Positions 26,296 through 40,689 of a stretch of DNA of 64,000 nucleotides are shown here, piece by piece. A model generated the notes under the pieces. The model worked only from the letters and a program-made list of their open reading frames with translations. It ran no database searches and was not told the DNA's origin. Both the position numbers and the translations under genes were made by a program. The DNA is from Octopus sinensis (lineage: Eukaryota): assembly GCF_006345805.1 (NCBI RefSeq), contig NC_043012.1, positions 25,792,001 to 25,856,000 of the forward strand. The letters are read 5' to 3'. Each line of letters starts with the position of its first letter. Position 1 is the first letter of the stretch.

Positions 26296-26483
26296 AATAT
26301 ATATACATATGCATGTATACGCCGGGCTTCTTTCAGTTTCAGTCCACCAAATCCACTCACAAGGCTCTGGTCAGCCCGAGGCTATACTAGAATACATTTG
26401 CCTAGTGTGCCACGCGGTGGGACTGAACACGGAACAACGTGGTTCGTAAGCAAGCTACTTACCACACAGCCACTCCTACGCCA
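26040..26483 (-). mobile_element. SINE family A, full length
   Basis: Head, body and internal (CA)n. Confidence 0.85.
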
Positions 26484-26824
26484 TGCTGGGGCACTGGCTC
26501 GAAATTTTCAGTCGACGAAATCGGCTTCAGTACTTGATTTTTAAGAGTCTCGTATTTATTCTATCGAACTCTTTTCGCGGAACCACTAAGTCAAGCAATG
26601 GGGACGGATATATTATAGCCACAAATATATAGATACACAGATACATCCACACAAAGACACACAAATACACCGATACACACAGGCCTCCTACCAAAACCGC
26701 ACTCACAAGACTCTCATTGGTCCGCCCGGGGCTATAATAGACACCTCTTGAGCTAGGTTCGACAACTTTATGTATGTATGTATGTATGTATGTATGTATG
26801 TATGTATGTATGTATGTATGTATG

Positions 26825-26879
<55 letters not shown>

Positions 26880-27027
26880 ATATTATATATATAATTTGCA
26901 AGGGCTGATCTCGAATTAGATAAAGCTATAAAAATGTATAGAATATTAAGCTGTTCTAAAAAACAAATAGTAAAGTCGAAGACTACTCATTCCGATCGAA
27001 CGTTAATACACTTATGTGTGTATTTGT

Positions 27028-27065
<38 letters not shown>

Positions 27066-27067
<2 letters not shown>

Positions 27068-27410
27068 AGGTGCAATGGCCCAGTAGCTAAGGTAGCGAAC
27101 TTGCGGTCGTAGCATCGCGGTTTCCATTCCCAGACTGGGTGGTGTGAGTGTTTATTGAGTGAAACCACCTAAAAAAGCTCCACGAGGCTCCGGCAGAGGG
27201 AGGGGGGCGAACCCTGCTGTAGTTTTTCACTCATTCTTCCTGTGTCTGTTGCACCTGTAGTTCGAAGGGCCACACTGAATCTTCCCGAGAACTACGTAAC
27301 TGCTACACCTGTTTGTGGAGTGCTCAGCCACTTACACGTTAATTTCACGAGCAAGATATCCCGTTGATGGGATCAACTGGAAACCTCGTCGTCGTAACCG
27401 ACGAAGTGCC
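27066..27410 (+). mobile_element. SINE family C, near full length
   Basis: tRNA-like head through cctcgtcgtcgtaaccgacg tail. Confidence 0.85.
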
Positions 27411-27963
27411 AAGATATACGTATACATATATATAAAAATATATATACACAAATATGAGAGAGAATCCACTATGTGGACGCTCTTACGCTAGATATAAATC
27501 CGCAAAGGGACTCAACCACTAAGAATTGTTCTCAAGAAAAGTTTTAGCACACTAAGAACGTAAGCGAGCAGAACAAATGAAAAATAACAAAAATATAGAT
27601 TAACCCCATACAATTGTTTCACTGTTAATAAATTATGTAATTTTACTTACATAAATAACCTCAGATCATCGGTGGAGTACGTCATAAAATATAATTTGTC
27701 GAACTGCACACTGTATATTAACACGATGTCAGAGACACGAGCAGTTCGGCCGATTTTATTCACAGTTACATTCAAATGCCCTCGTTCCAGCGCGCCAAAT
27801 TTCCGGAAATAAATACTGCATAATAATACACTGCAGTTTATTGCCGTTTTGAAAACATATTAATTTTATAATTAAAGTCAAAATGGGGTGAAATATATAT
27901 ATATATATATAATATTTAATATATAATATATATATATAACAGACACACATATATATAATATAT

Positions 27964-28255
27964 CACGTGATCACGTGACCGACCAGACCATCAGATGTGC
28001 TACACATCGCTGGTCACAATGCGTTCGCATTGTTTTTAGCCTTCAATGACGCCACCCCGCTGGCTAAGTGAGCAGAAGAAAGAGTGAGAGAAAGAGTGGT
28101 GAAAGAGTAAGCAGGGATCACCACCCCCTGCCGGAGCCTCGTGGAGCTTTTAGGTGTTTTCGCTCAATAAACACACACAACGCCCGGTCTGGGAATCGAA
28201 ACCGCGATCCTACGACCGTGAGTCCGCTGCCCTAACCACTGGGCCATTGCGCCTC
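27964..28255 (-). mobile_element. SINE family C variant
   Basis: Family C head; gaccgaccagaccatcagatg tail shared with 31167-31230. Confidence 0.8.
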
Positions 28256-28699
28256 GATATATATAATATATACCAACACAAATATTAAAACGTTGCTTAT
28301 ATAGTTATAAGAATTCCCTTATGCTTCCGTGCGTGCTGTCTCGTCGTTAGGGCTTTGTTCTGACGATCATATGACTATGCTGCCGTTGGTTCGATTCACG
28401 GGCCAGGACAGATGTTGTTTCTTTGAACAAGCCAGTTGACGCTGCTTCAATTTACTTACATCAAATTCGTACCCTCAAACTGTCGATCCCACCTTCTCTT
28501 AGTACGGCTGACAAATCCTTGTTGAAGAATACTGGGTCAAGAATTCGTGCCGACGTGTGTTCACGACTTCATAGGCGCCCAAAACAAAATAATGAAATCA
28601 TGTGACATGTTTTCATGACAAATTCGTTCTCGTCCTGTTTTAATAACATCATAAGAATCCATAACGATAAAAAAAAAAATAATAATAAACCAAAGACTT

Positions 28700-30010
28700 T
28701 TATAACTACATCAACAACAACAGCAGCAGCAACTATAAAGACGACGCAACCGAAAGAACTGTGAGTAATCTGTAGGAAATTTCTTGAAAAAACAGTTCGG
28801 TGGTGAAAGAATTGGTATTGTCGTTGTTATATTGTTTTTGTTTTTGTTGGTAAGTAGTGGTGGTGGTGGTGAAAATTTGAAGGGCATGATTTTGGAGGCG
28901 TTGATCATGGTTGTAGCGCCTGTTTGTGGTGGTGGTGGTGGTAGTGGTGATAGTGGTGGCGGCGGCGGTGGTGGTGTTGGTGGTGTTGGTGGCGGTGTTG
29001 TTCTTGTTGCTGTTGATGGGGGGTGGGTGCCCTTGGTGATATTGAGTTTGGTGTTCCTGACGAAGGTTGTATTAATTGTTGTGGCTGTAGTAGTGGCGAC
29101 GATGGTGGTAGTGGGGCTGGTGCTGGTGGCGGTGATGGTGGTGGTGGTGGAGTTGGTGGTGCTGGTGAGTGTGCTAATGGTGGTACTGTGTGGCGGTGGT
29201 GGTCGTGGTGGGGTGGCGGTGTTGTTGGTGGTATTGGCTTTGATATTCATGGTGGCGAAGGTGATAGTGGTGGCGGTGGTAATTGTGGTGGTGGTAGAGT
29301 TGGTGGTGCTGTTGATTGTGCTAATGGTAATGCCGTGTGGTGGTGGTCGTCGTGGTGGGGATGGCGGTGCTGTTGTTGGTGGTGTATTGGCGTTGATATT
29401 TATGGTGGCGATGGTAATGGTGGTGACGGTGATAATTGTGGTGGTGGTGGTGGAGTTAGTGGTGCTGGTGATTGTGCTAATGGTGGTGCTGTGTGGTGGT
29501 GGTGGTGGTGGTGGCGTGGCGATGCTGGTGTCGGTTTTGTTTTTGTTGGTAGGATTGGCGTTGATATTTATGGTGGCGATGGTGATGGTGGCGGCGGTTG
29601 TAATTGTGGTGGTGGTGATGGTGATGGTGGTTGTAGTGGTGGTGGTAGTGGTAATTGTGATAGTGTGGCTTCGTTGGCGGTGGTGATTAGATAATAATGG
29701 CGCCGTGTTGTAGTATTGGTGGTATAACAGTGGCAGTTGTAATGACGGTGGTTGTAGTGGTGGTGAGCGTATTACTGGTGTTGTTGGCGGTGAGAGAAAA
29801 TGGGTAGAGCGGTGCTGTGACGGCGGGGAGAAGTACTAGAGGCGCTGGTAGTAATGATGGTAATCTTGTCGGTTTTCTTAATGTTGTTGTTGTTGTTCGT
29901 GGCGATGGCGGTGGTAGTGCCAGTGCCGCCGTAGGTGTCAGCGGGGGTCACCGTGGGTGGCACCGCTAGCGTTTGCGTTGGCAGCGGTGGAGAAGATGAG
30001 TGGGGGTAAT
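28700..30010. repeat. Degenerate (GGT)n low-complexity tract with about 150-bp higher-order repeats
   Basis: attggc(g/t)ttgatatt(c/t)atggtggcga...aattgtggtggtggt unit recurs at about 29232, 29386 and 29554. Confidence 0.8.
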
Positions 30011-30059
30011 GCAAGTGTATTGCTGCGTACCCCCAATGTGTGTGCCTGTGTGTGTTCCG

Positions 30060-30060
<1 letters not shown>

Positions 30061-30153
<93 letters not shown>
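30061..30153. repeat. (TG)n microsatellite
   Basis: About 46 uninterrupted units. Confidence 0.95.
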
Positions 30154-30154
<1 letters not shown>

Positions 30155-30918
30155 GATGGAATGAACACTAACATATTTATTTTATAAATTCGAGAAACGA
30201 GAGCAACAAGAGTCAGAACAAATATTCAAGAATTATTAGATCAGTGATAAAGCGACATTAGTAACAGCATCAGCAACAATTGTCGTACAACTTCAACAAC
30301 AACAACAACAACAACACTAAGAGTGCCATACACCACCACCACCACCACCAATAACAACAACAGCAACAAAAACAAAATAGCAGGAAACAACGCTGTTACT
30401 GTAGGACTTAACTGAAATAACAATACTAAAATAACACATTTGATCAATAAAACTAAAGACGGTAGCAACGTAGAAGAGGAAGAACACAATGACAACAAAC
30501 CTTAGATGCCTGCTATGTATTGTCAAGGGAATTGCTAGAAATCGCAACCAGTTCTTAGTCGCATAGCAAAGCTACTCTCCTGGAATCAGGAAAACTGATA
30601 TGTTACGTAATGTACTTAACGCAGACAATCAGACACACACACACACAAACGCATACACAAATACAAACACACAAACACAACACATACATATATACGGCCA
30701 AACATATAGATATACATATATATATATACATGTAATATATAAACATTTATATATATATTAAAAACATACATACACACACACATACATATGTATATATATA
30801 TACAGTTGTTGGCCAAAAGTCACCTGACAGTAAATGAAAACCATTTAATTCCAAGATTTATTTATGTTTAACAATTGAATGATTTAATAGAAGCATCTAA
30901 ATGTGAGATACTAGGAAA

Positions 30919-31509
<591 letters not shown>

Positions 31510-31521
31510 TATATATATATA

Positions 31522-31908
31522 CTTGCAGTACCACCAGGTGTTGCTTGGGTTTGTTTCGACCCTTTAGAATTGGAACTTTTGAAAAGTAAAAATTTTGCAT
31601 GATGCAACTTGTTATTCTCTTCAAGTGAACATTTTTTCCAGTTGAAATACAACCTATAAAGGGAGACACAGCAGTCAAAATCGTAAAAAAACTAGGGATT
31701 TTTCTAGAAAAAATGCACCTTTTTGATGTAAATAATTTTTGGTGTTAACACGTTCCGATTTGATTTTATCTCCTACAGAATGAGAGCAAGCCTTCTATCA
31801 TACTCTCAATTTTGGTCAACTCTTGTGCTGCATGGTCTCGAGGAGATAGTGTTAGTTGAAGGCTACCAAACCTGCCACACACAGACAACTTCAGCTTTAT
31901 TATATAGA
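31522..31908 (-). mobile_element. Non-autonomous Helitron
   Basis: Minus strand begins A|TCTATATAATAAAGC and ends with a degenerate hairpin plus CAAG|T (CTAG variant). Confidence 0.6.
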
Positions 31909-32858
31909 TTTGCTACACACTACTTTCCTCCTCCTTAATAATGAAACTTGGTAGATCCAAAAGTGAAACACACAGACACACCACATCAACACACAGACAC
32001 ACAAGTTGAGTTTTATATATATAATTTCTCAACGGGGATTTCAGGGAGTCGCTGGCGATGTATCGTGATGATCAAAATCCGGCGCTAAAATTTGGTTAAA
32101 GGTATTTAAACTGCAGACTCAACAGAAAATGGTCACATTTAATTCAAAGCGTTAAAAATGAAAACAATTGGTATGTGTTCACAAAGTCCAAACGATTAAT
32201 ACGAAAAAACCCTCCAGGCTACGTACATCCAGAAAATTCATTTCTTTGCCGAATTTCTAAAATGTACACGGTGATTCGTTTTTATATCATGCTTTTTATT
32301 TTCCATGCAATTTACGCATGCTTGCACGCGGGGTGAACACAGTTCACATCAAACAGCTGACTGAATAAAATTCACTATTCAATGTATGGGATAAGGCCTA
32401 AACAAACACATTATCGATTTTTGCACTTGCGAGATGAATTTCGGAACAGAAATAGCGCAGTTCAGTTTTCATTTGCCTAAACTTTAAGTGACTCATTTTT
32501 GGTGGTTCTACGATTTGTTGGCTAGGAGGAGATGTGCCGGGAAGTTAAGCACACAGACACACACACACAGATACACACACAGACACACAAGTTGAGTTTT
32601 ATACATATGGATATATAGTCAAACATTGTCGACCACATATACTAGTAGGCTGCGATTTCGGTGGGGAACAATATTCGACGTTTCACCATTTTCGTGGCAT
32701 ATCAACATCTCGGTAAGTTATCTCACCTGTCCTGTCTTTTAAGTGTTTTAACACCCGACGTTTGAGGAAGTATTCTGCAGGAAGCCAATTCGCAGCCTAC
32801 CTATAAGCAAATACAAATATCTATAAGTAAATACAATCTCAGAATAGTGTTTCATAAT

Positions 32859-32938
<80 letters not shown>

Positions 32939-33727
32939 TATATATGTATGTATATATATATGCGTGCGTGTATATTTGCTTGCATGTTTGTGTGTCTGCG
33001 CATGTACACACTGGCGATAAACGAGTACGTCAAAAAACTACGGTGTGGTATTTCTGGATCCGCGTTGCCCAGGCATTACATCATTATATTGGTCGTTTCT
33101 AGTGCCATAGAAAATAGATTCAGTCTGTAATTGGTCTGCTGGAAACCTTACAACCGGACGACGCTATTGTTTACAATTGCTGGATACAGGATAATAGACA
33201 GTGCCTTTTGTTATTGTGTGGAAACGTTTCCATTTCCAAATTCGTAGCGTAAGAGTTTCATTTATTACATCGCAAATGGATTACATAAAACATTTTGGAG
33301 GACATGAATTCAAATATTCAAAGTTAACAAATGATTTGAGAGAGAATATTTGAATAAATAAATAGAAACATTTATACGGCACACTATTTCTATTGTCTGG
33401 AACGTGCCTTAGTCTATACCTATAAGTAACATCTCCATATCTTTCTCAGAAAACGAAATTTGTATCATTCCAACTGTAACAATTACGAATGCTACAACGA
33501 ACACACGTTCGTTTCTTACTTTTTTTTTTTTCTATTTTTGCATGACATCATATTGTCTATACAATAGCGAAGTCAGCGTACTTACTTAGGCTTTCAGCTT
33601 GCGCCTGCGCAACAGCACACATACACTGATACATACATACATACATATCTAAATGTATGTATACATGAGTGTGTGTGCTTGTGTGTGTATGCGTGTTCGT
33701 ATACACCGCAACACACACACATATATG

Positions 33728-33794
<67 letters not shown>

Positions 33795-33986
33795 ATATGT
33801 ATATATAATATATATATATAGATATATAGTATATATATAATATATATATGTATATATATATATATAATATGTATATATATATAGATATATACATATATAT
33901 ATACATATATATATATGTGTGTGTATATACGTATATGTAGATATATATTATATTCATATATATATACATATACATATATATATATA

Positions 33987-34017
<31 letters not shown>

Positions 34018-36334
34018 GTATGTGTATATATATATATGTGTGTGTGTGTTGTGTGCGTGTGTGCTTTAGTATTGCTGTGTCAATTATTGAAACAGTATTG
34101 ATATTTTTGTCATGGATTATAATTTCAGGTATTTTCTATGTTACCTACTAACCATCGGTATACTACATCAATACAGGATCTCAGTAAATGTTATTTTCTG
34201 CAACGGTTAGAGATTTAAAATAGACGAGCAGGACAAACCGTTTTTTTTTCTATTTATTTTTTCTTTTGTTACCAAGAAACAGAATTAAATGGCAATCTAA
34301 ATACTAGACATTTTGTAATATCTGTAATACCTCTATGTGCTGTCTAAATATTTCCGTGCATTAGGTGAAATGTCTTACATTTTTCTTTGTTGTGGGTTAT
34401 TGGATTTTGAATTCAAATCTCTCCGTGGACATATTTGTCTTATATTCTATCTTGGGTTGATAAAATAAATAGAAATAACAGACAAATATAGTGACAAATA
34501 GAGCATTTGGTATTTGACCTGCAAGACATAGCAGCTGAGCATGGTTGTAGTTAGGGGGAATTAGAATTTGATCCGCTAGTCATAGTAGTCGAATTTTCCC
34601 CATACACCAACCTTCTTTTTGAAGAGAGGAAGATAAATATCTGTAAGAACATTCTAGCGCGATTCTAGATAGAACTTACACCTGTTATTATAATGGAGTA
34701 TATATTTATTCTTGTTATTGTATATACTACTGTTATATAAATAAATATTAAATTTTATTTTCATTATTATTGTATGTCATTCTGAAACAAGATAATGCCT
34801 AGCCTTAATTGAATTCAAGTAATTTGAAACGAGAATGAAATTTGTAGTTAAATCCATTAAATCTCGCCGTTTCCTTTATAGCAACTGATACCGCAGAAAT
34901 GTAGGAGGCGAGGTGGCAGAATCGTTAGCATGCCGGGCGAAATCCTGAGCGGCATTTCGTTTGCCGTTACGTTGTGAGTTCAAATTCTGCCGAGGTCCAC
35001 TTTGCCTTTCATCCGGCGTGCTAACGATCTGCCAGCTCACCGCCTTTTTAAAGATATTAATGCAAGACTTGGTTTCTATTTCCAGCAAGTCTCACAGCCG
35101 TACAGAGGTTTCTTCATTAGCTCGAGCTGGGTGTTTCTTATGTGATTGGAATTGCCAAGTCGGATATTGGAATGTGTTGAATAAAGTAATATTGAAATGG
35201 ATTCTAATTATATAAAATCTCTTTTTCGTTCAAACAGCGTGCTTCCAGGAGTACATTATCAAATTTGTCCTCATACTTTAAGAAAGAAAAGTAGAAGTGA
35301 TTTAATTGGCGATATACTTGGCTGCCAATTGTTGCGGCCTACTAAAGACAGCCAGTTGAAAATATTGTGAGACGACTGGCATTTTTTTAGGCTCTTTGCA
35401 TTCTGAGTTCAAATTCCTGTGCGGCAATTTATCCATTTCGGTGTCAACAAAATTACAGTATCAGGCAGCTAATGAAGTAGCTTCTTATCGCTTTCTCTCC
35501 CCTCCTTCTGTTTTGTTTCTCCATATCTCTCCCTCACCCTCTCTCTCTCTCTCTTTCTCTCCCTCTCTCTCGATCTATCTAACTATATCAGTCTAGCCTT
35601 GTCCTAATATCTCGATCTTTGTTCAACTTAGAATTAACAACCTGGCTATTCTCATTCAAAAAGGGATGAGACAGGCCAGCCTGTCTCATGCTCAAGTACC
35701 CGAACAAAAAGCAGGATGGGGAAAATTCGACTACTATCCAGCAATCTCTTCTCATAAAGCGAGTTTGTTACAGAAATCTTTTAAATATACCAACGAAAAA
35801 TCTCGCAGCCCAGGGTCAGATATAGTAATCAACTACAGATTGTTGCACTGCACAATATAGAGCAGGCAAAACCCCCAAGGCTAACGTCTAATTCCTAAAC
35901 AATTCGTGCGACCATTCAGAGATTCCCTAATTGGTTTATGGTTGTAATTTATCTTAGCAACATGTTCAGTTCTTATGAAATTGCCTGAAGCTGAAACGAA
36001 ATTGTCTGGACGGCAGTAGTTGACAAAAACCAAGGGAACATTTTTTAAATACAAACAAAAATTAAAATTTCCCACAACGGAATTTTACTATCGGCAATTA
36101 ACACAAACAACTACTAGAGCGACCGTAACAACTATAACAAGAATAAGAGAAATTATTAGAGTGCTAGGAGACCAAAATTGTAAGTGAGTGTATTAAATAT
36201 GAAAAATAAGTGAGAAAAATCAATGAAAAATATCAACAATAAGGAAAATATTAAAATAAGAATTAATACAAAAATAAGAATAAGAAGATGAACGTGTAAA
36301 ATAACAACATATTGGATAACAACAATGGGAATAA

Positions 36335-37270
36335 CTACGACAATATTAAATAGGGAAAATATGAAATAATAAGTAGTAACGTATTGATGGCTAATATTAA
36401 AGAATATAAAATAAGTGGGCGAGGTTGGGAGAAAACAACAAAATCAACGCTAACATCGACGTCGACATCTTTATCATAATCATAACCGTTGTCATCATCA
36501 TCATCGTTGTCGTCGTCGTTGTCATCATCATCAATATCATTGTAATCGTCATCGTTGTCATCATCGTAATCACCGTCGTTGTCATCATCGTCTTCTTCAT
36601 CATCATCATCATCATCATCATTATCATCATCATGACCGTTGTCATCATCATCAACATCATCATCGTCGCTGTCGTCGTTGTCATTGTCATTGTCATCATC
36701 ATCATCATCATCATCATCTTCATCATAATCATAACCGTTGTCATCATCATCATCGTCGTCGTCGTCGTAGTTGTCATTGTCATCATCATCATCATTATCA
36801 CTATCGTCAATATCATTATTACGGTCATCGTTATCATTATCGTAATCGTCGTCGTTGTCATCACGACCATCTTCATCATCATCATCATCATCATCTTTAT
36901 CGTCATCCACCCCATCGTCATCATCGTCATCATCGTCATCGTCATCTCATTGTCATCAACGTTACCCTCACCCACATCATCCTCTGCTCCATGTCTTCCA
37001 ACTCCTTCTGTACCTTGGACCCCCTCCTCCTCCTCTTCATCTTCATCATTGCCATCCTTACTCTCATAGCCTTCTACATCGCCATTAGCCTCGTCCTCAT
37101 CGTTGTTTGGAAAATCGTAGCAGTTTCCCCCATCGTCACCAAATGCCTCCTCCTTCACGTACACCTTCACAGCGTCCCCATCACTATCATCGTCATTGTC
37201 CTCGCCGTCGTCGTCGCCCTTCTTTATCTTTGTCTTCATCGTGTCACATTATCATCATCAACAGCAAGAA
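36335..37270. repeat. Degenerate (GAT/GAC)n low-complexity tract
   Basis: Asp-rich reading on the minus strand, with frame slips near 36947, 37219 and 37243. Confidence 0.8.
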
Positions 37271-37521
37271 CAATAAATACAACAAAGGCACTTTTATCAA
37301 ACATGTACCCTTAATTCCCCTGACAGCAAGCAGGTTGTTGAGGGAGTTGTCTATAAGAGCTGGGTACCCACTAAGTTATCACCACTTCCATTCATCCGAT
37401 GTCGACTGCCAGCATCCGACGACGAACACCAGAATTATTTCAACACATGCAATGTCAAATGTTTAATTTTCAAGTGTCAAATTCTGTGTTGCAGAACGTC
37501 TACCATATGTGGGAATCACAT

Positions 37522-37558
<37 letters not shown>

Positions 37559-37768
37559 CATAGATGCAAAGATGCAAGAAGAGAGAGAGAAAGAGAGAGG
37601 AGAGAGAGAGAGAGATATGAGTAAGCACGTATATTTTACTTGTATAATAAACACACACACATATATATATACATGTATCTATATACCCACATATATATGT
37701 ATGTATGTAGATATAATAATATATTATATAATATATATATATATATTATATATATATATATATATATA

Positions 37769-37817
<49 letters not shown>

Positions 37818-37818
37818 A

Positions 37819-38220
37819 AATATTATTCGAGACAAAACCACTATTTGCCCAAAACAAACAAGGAAAGACTAATTAATACATAGAATTTTAAATAAATAGT
37901 CAAAAAACGCCATACAATCGTTCTTGTCTGATCGACATTTCAGGTGGACTTCCAATAATTCAGTGTCAAATTATGAGCTTCATAATTTGACACTGAATTA
38001 TTGGAAGTCCACCTGAAGATTGTCGATCAAGACAAGAAACGATTGTAGTGCGGGTTTTTTTGACTATTTATTAAAATTTTATGTATTAATTAGTCTTTCC
38101 TTGTTTGTTTTGCAAAATAGTGGTTTTGTCTCGAATAATATTATATGAATTTTACTATAAAATCGATTTAATCATAAATCTGATTTTTTCCCGTAAATTT
38201 GGATTTATTCCTAATATTTA

Positions 38221-38222
<2 letters not shown>
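37819..38222. mobile_element. Penelope-like end with inverted partial copy (hairpin), in (TA)n
   Basis: Arms 37819-37976 / 37980-38142; the right arm continues alone to about 38222 and carries a hammerhead. Confidence 0.75.
38010..38050 (+). ncRNA. Type I hammerhead ribozyme motif, intact core
   Basis: CAC-CTGAAGA-TTGTC gatcaa GACAA-GAAA-C gatt GT A-GTG; GUA triplet, predicted cut after 38047. Confidence 0.75.
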
Positions 38223-38264
<42 letters not shown>

Positions 38265-38276
38265 TATATATAGAGG

Positions 38277-38440
38277 AACAGGAGTGGCTGTGTGGTAAGT
38301 GGCTTGCTTATCCACCATATGGTTCCGATTCAGTCGCACTGCGTGGCCACCTTCCCAAGAGCCCTCTACTATAAGTCCCGGACCAACCAAAGCCTTGGAA
38401 GTGGATTTGGTAGATGGAAACTGAAGAAGCCTGTTGTATA
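38277..38440 (+). mobile_element. SINE family A head
   Basis: ggagtggctgtgtggtaag...ggaaactgaagaagcc. Confidence 0.8.
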
Positions 38441-38566
38441 TCTATATATCTATCTATCTATCTATCTATATCTATCTATCTATATATAATATATATATAT
38501 ATTATATATATATATATGTTCATATATACATAGTAATTATATATATATATATATATATATTATATA

Positions 38567-39857
38567 CTAGCAGAGTTACCCGGCGTTGCCCGAGTTACAT
38601 ACAATTGAAGAATTAAACTTTTCTGTTATATTTTCTCTAATGAACTGGAATACCTATGTTTCGAATTTCATGAAAATTGCAGATGAGCGTTATTTCCTTC
38701 TTTAAACACCCAATCGTGCCACATGTATCCCATACTACTGATTTTTATGCTCATATTCCAAAATTCCAGTCTTATAGAACCTGTTAAAAGGATTTTGCTC
38801 CTGAAAAATGCAGGTCATGGAGCTCTAACATGTGAGAGTGAACGCCCTTATTGGTGGGCGGGGGGCATCTCAATGTCAACCAGAGAAGTTGAATTGTTGA
38901 GAATCTTTTTAACTTGGGTCTTATATTTATTGTTTGAATTTCTTTGAAATAGGAAATATATGTTCATTGTAAAAGAGGGTAAAGCTACAGGAATCCAAAA
39001 GACGAATGATCACAATAAGTAGTCAGCTACAGTACTCTAGTCGTTACCACTCCCAATGTAGTATTCCTCACCATGCAGGTGACAGGCACAGCCGTAAGAT
39101 GCATTACGTATCTATAGCAATTGGAAGGGCGTGACCCAACTGAATTAAACATTAACAACTGTGTGACGTGAAGGCTAAGGAGAAATGAAAGTTGGACATT
39201 GCAAATAACCACAATACTGATACGTAACTGGACAGAATAAATATACAATCTAAAAATGTCTTTGAATAACCAGTGACTCATCTGGGGAGGCCTTGAAATC
39301 TGTGTTACCATGTGGGGACTATGTGTGACCCAGTGATAATAAAAAGACTGAAAGGAGATCTGCAATCAAGTAACTTTACTCAACATTTTGCAACTGAATC
39401 AGTGGAGGCAAAGATGGCTCTCATTTACTTGATAATTTATGCAGCACATTGCAGAAATCACAATCTAAGTGTATGTCAAAGCAAACTCTTATACTGTTGT
39501 ACCGTTGAATTACAAATAATGCTCATCTTCTATGCTTGGATGACCCCAGAGCTTCCAAGAGTACAACCATTCGTCTTTGCTTAGATGAAATGACAAAAGT
39601 TTGGGTGTTAAGTCCCCATGAAGTGGTCTTTCTAACTTGTAAGAAGATGACATTTTATAAATATTACTTCATTTGTATCTAATCTCTATGGTTAAAATTT
39701 CATCAACAGCAAAAATACATGAATTGACATGGAGGTTGTTGCCCTTATGCATAAAAAAGGAGTTCCAAATTTCGTAAAGATCCATTCAGTACTTTTGACT
39801 TAGTTTTGGATCATAAAAAGAATGACTAAAATTTGGGAGTATATATATATATATATA
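38567..39857 (-). mobile_element. Putative non-autonomous Helitron with unique internal DNA
   Basis: 3' end cgggcaacgccggg-taactctg-CTAG|T at 38567; Helitron-like 5' region at 39770-39857; joining the two ends is inferred. Confidence 0.45.
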
Positions 39858-40689
39858 CACACAAAGATAAATTGATAGATACAACTGAGTGGGCAAACAA
39901 AAATATGAGACACAGCGTAGTACTTTTTTTATGATGATAAGCTTGGTACACATTCTATTAGTTTCTTCTTGTGAAACTAGTCAGTTATGGGGAGGTAAAT
40001 AAACGAACGGCAGTTGTGAAGCACTGATGAGGGTGAAACACAGAAACAAAGTCAAATATATACATACATATATATACGATTTATTTCGTTCAGTTTCTGT
40101 CTACAAAATCCACTGACAAGGCTTTGGTTGGTCTGAGGCTATAGCAGAAAACACATGCCAAGTCACCACCCAGTGGGACTGAACCCAAGACCATGTGGTT
40201 TGGAACGAAGTTTGTTACCACACAGCCACACCTGATCCTATGTATGTGTGCGTGTGTGTATGTTTGTATGGTTGTATATATGTATGCATGTATATATGTG
40301 AATATATATGTGTAGATATTACATGTACTTCTATATATATATATATGCATCTACACATATACAAGTATACATATATATCTATATATATATAGAAATAAAT
40401 GTATATATATACAGCTATACACGCATACACACACACACAAATACATAGGTTCAGGTGTGGCTGTGTGGTAAACAAACTTCGTTCCAAATCACATGGTCCT
40501 GGGTTTAAATTCAAATTTAAAATAATAAGGGTGAGAAATTGAATATTAATTTGATTAATATGAATTGAAAACCAGTGGTCTAGCATATAAGACCATAGCG
40601 GATCTTCTTCTAGCGAAATGGATGTCCACTGTTAATGGTTCATCCCTCTTATATAATAGTTTGACTTTAATAATTTCAGTATTACCGTG

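Noticed and set aside
27066-27140. tRNA-like sequences here and at other SINE heads
   Set aside because: Multicopy SINE heads with broken cloverleaves, not tRNA genes.
40024-40055. CTGATGA...GAAA
   Set aside because: Lies in a decayed SINE A body; stems do not pair.
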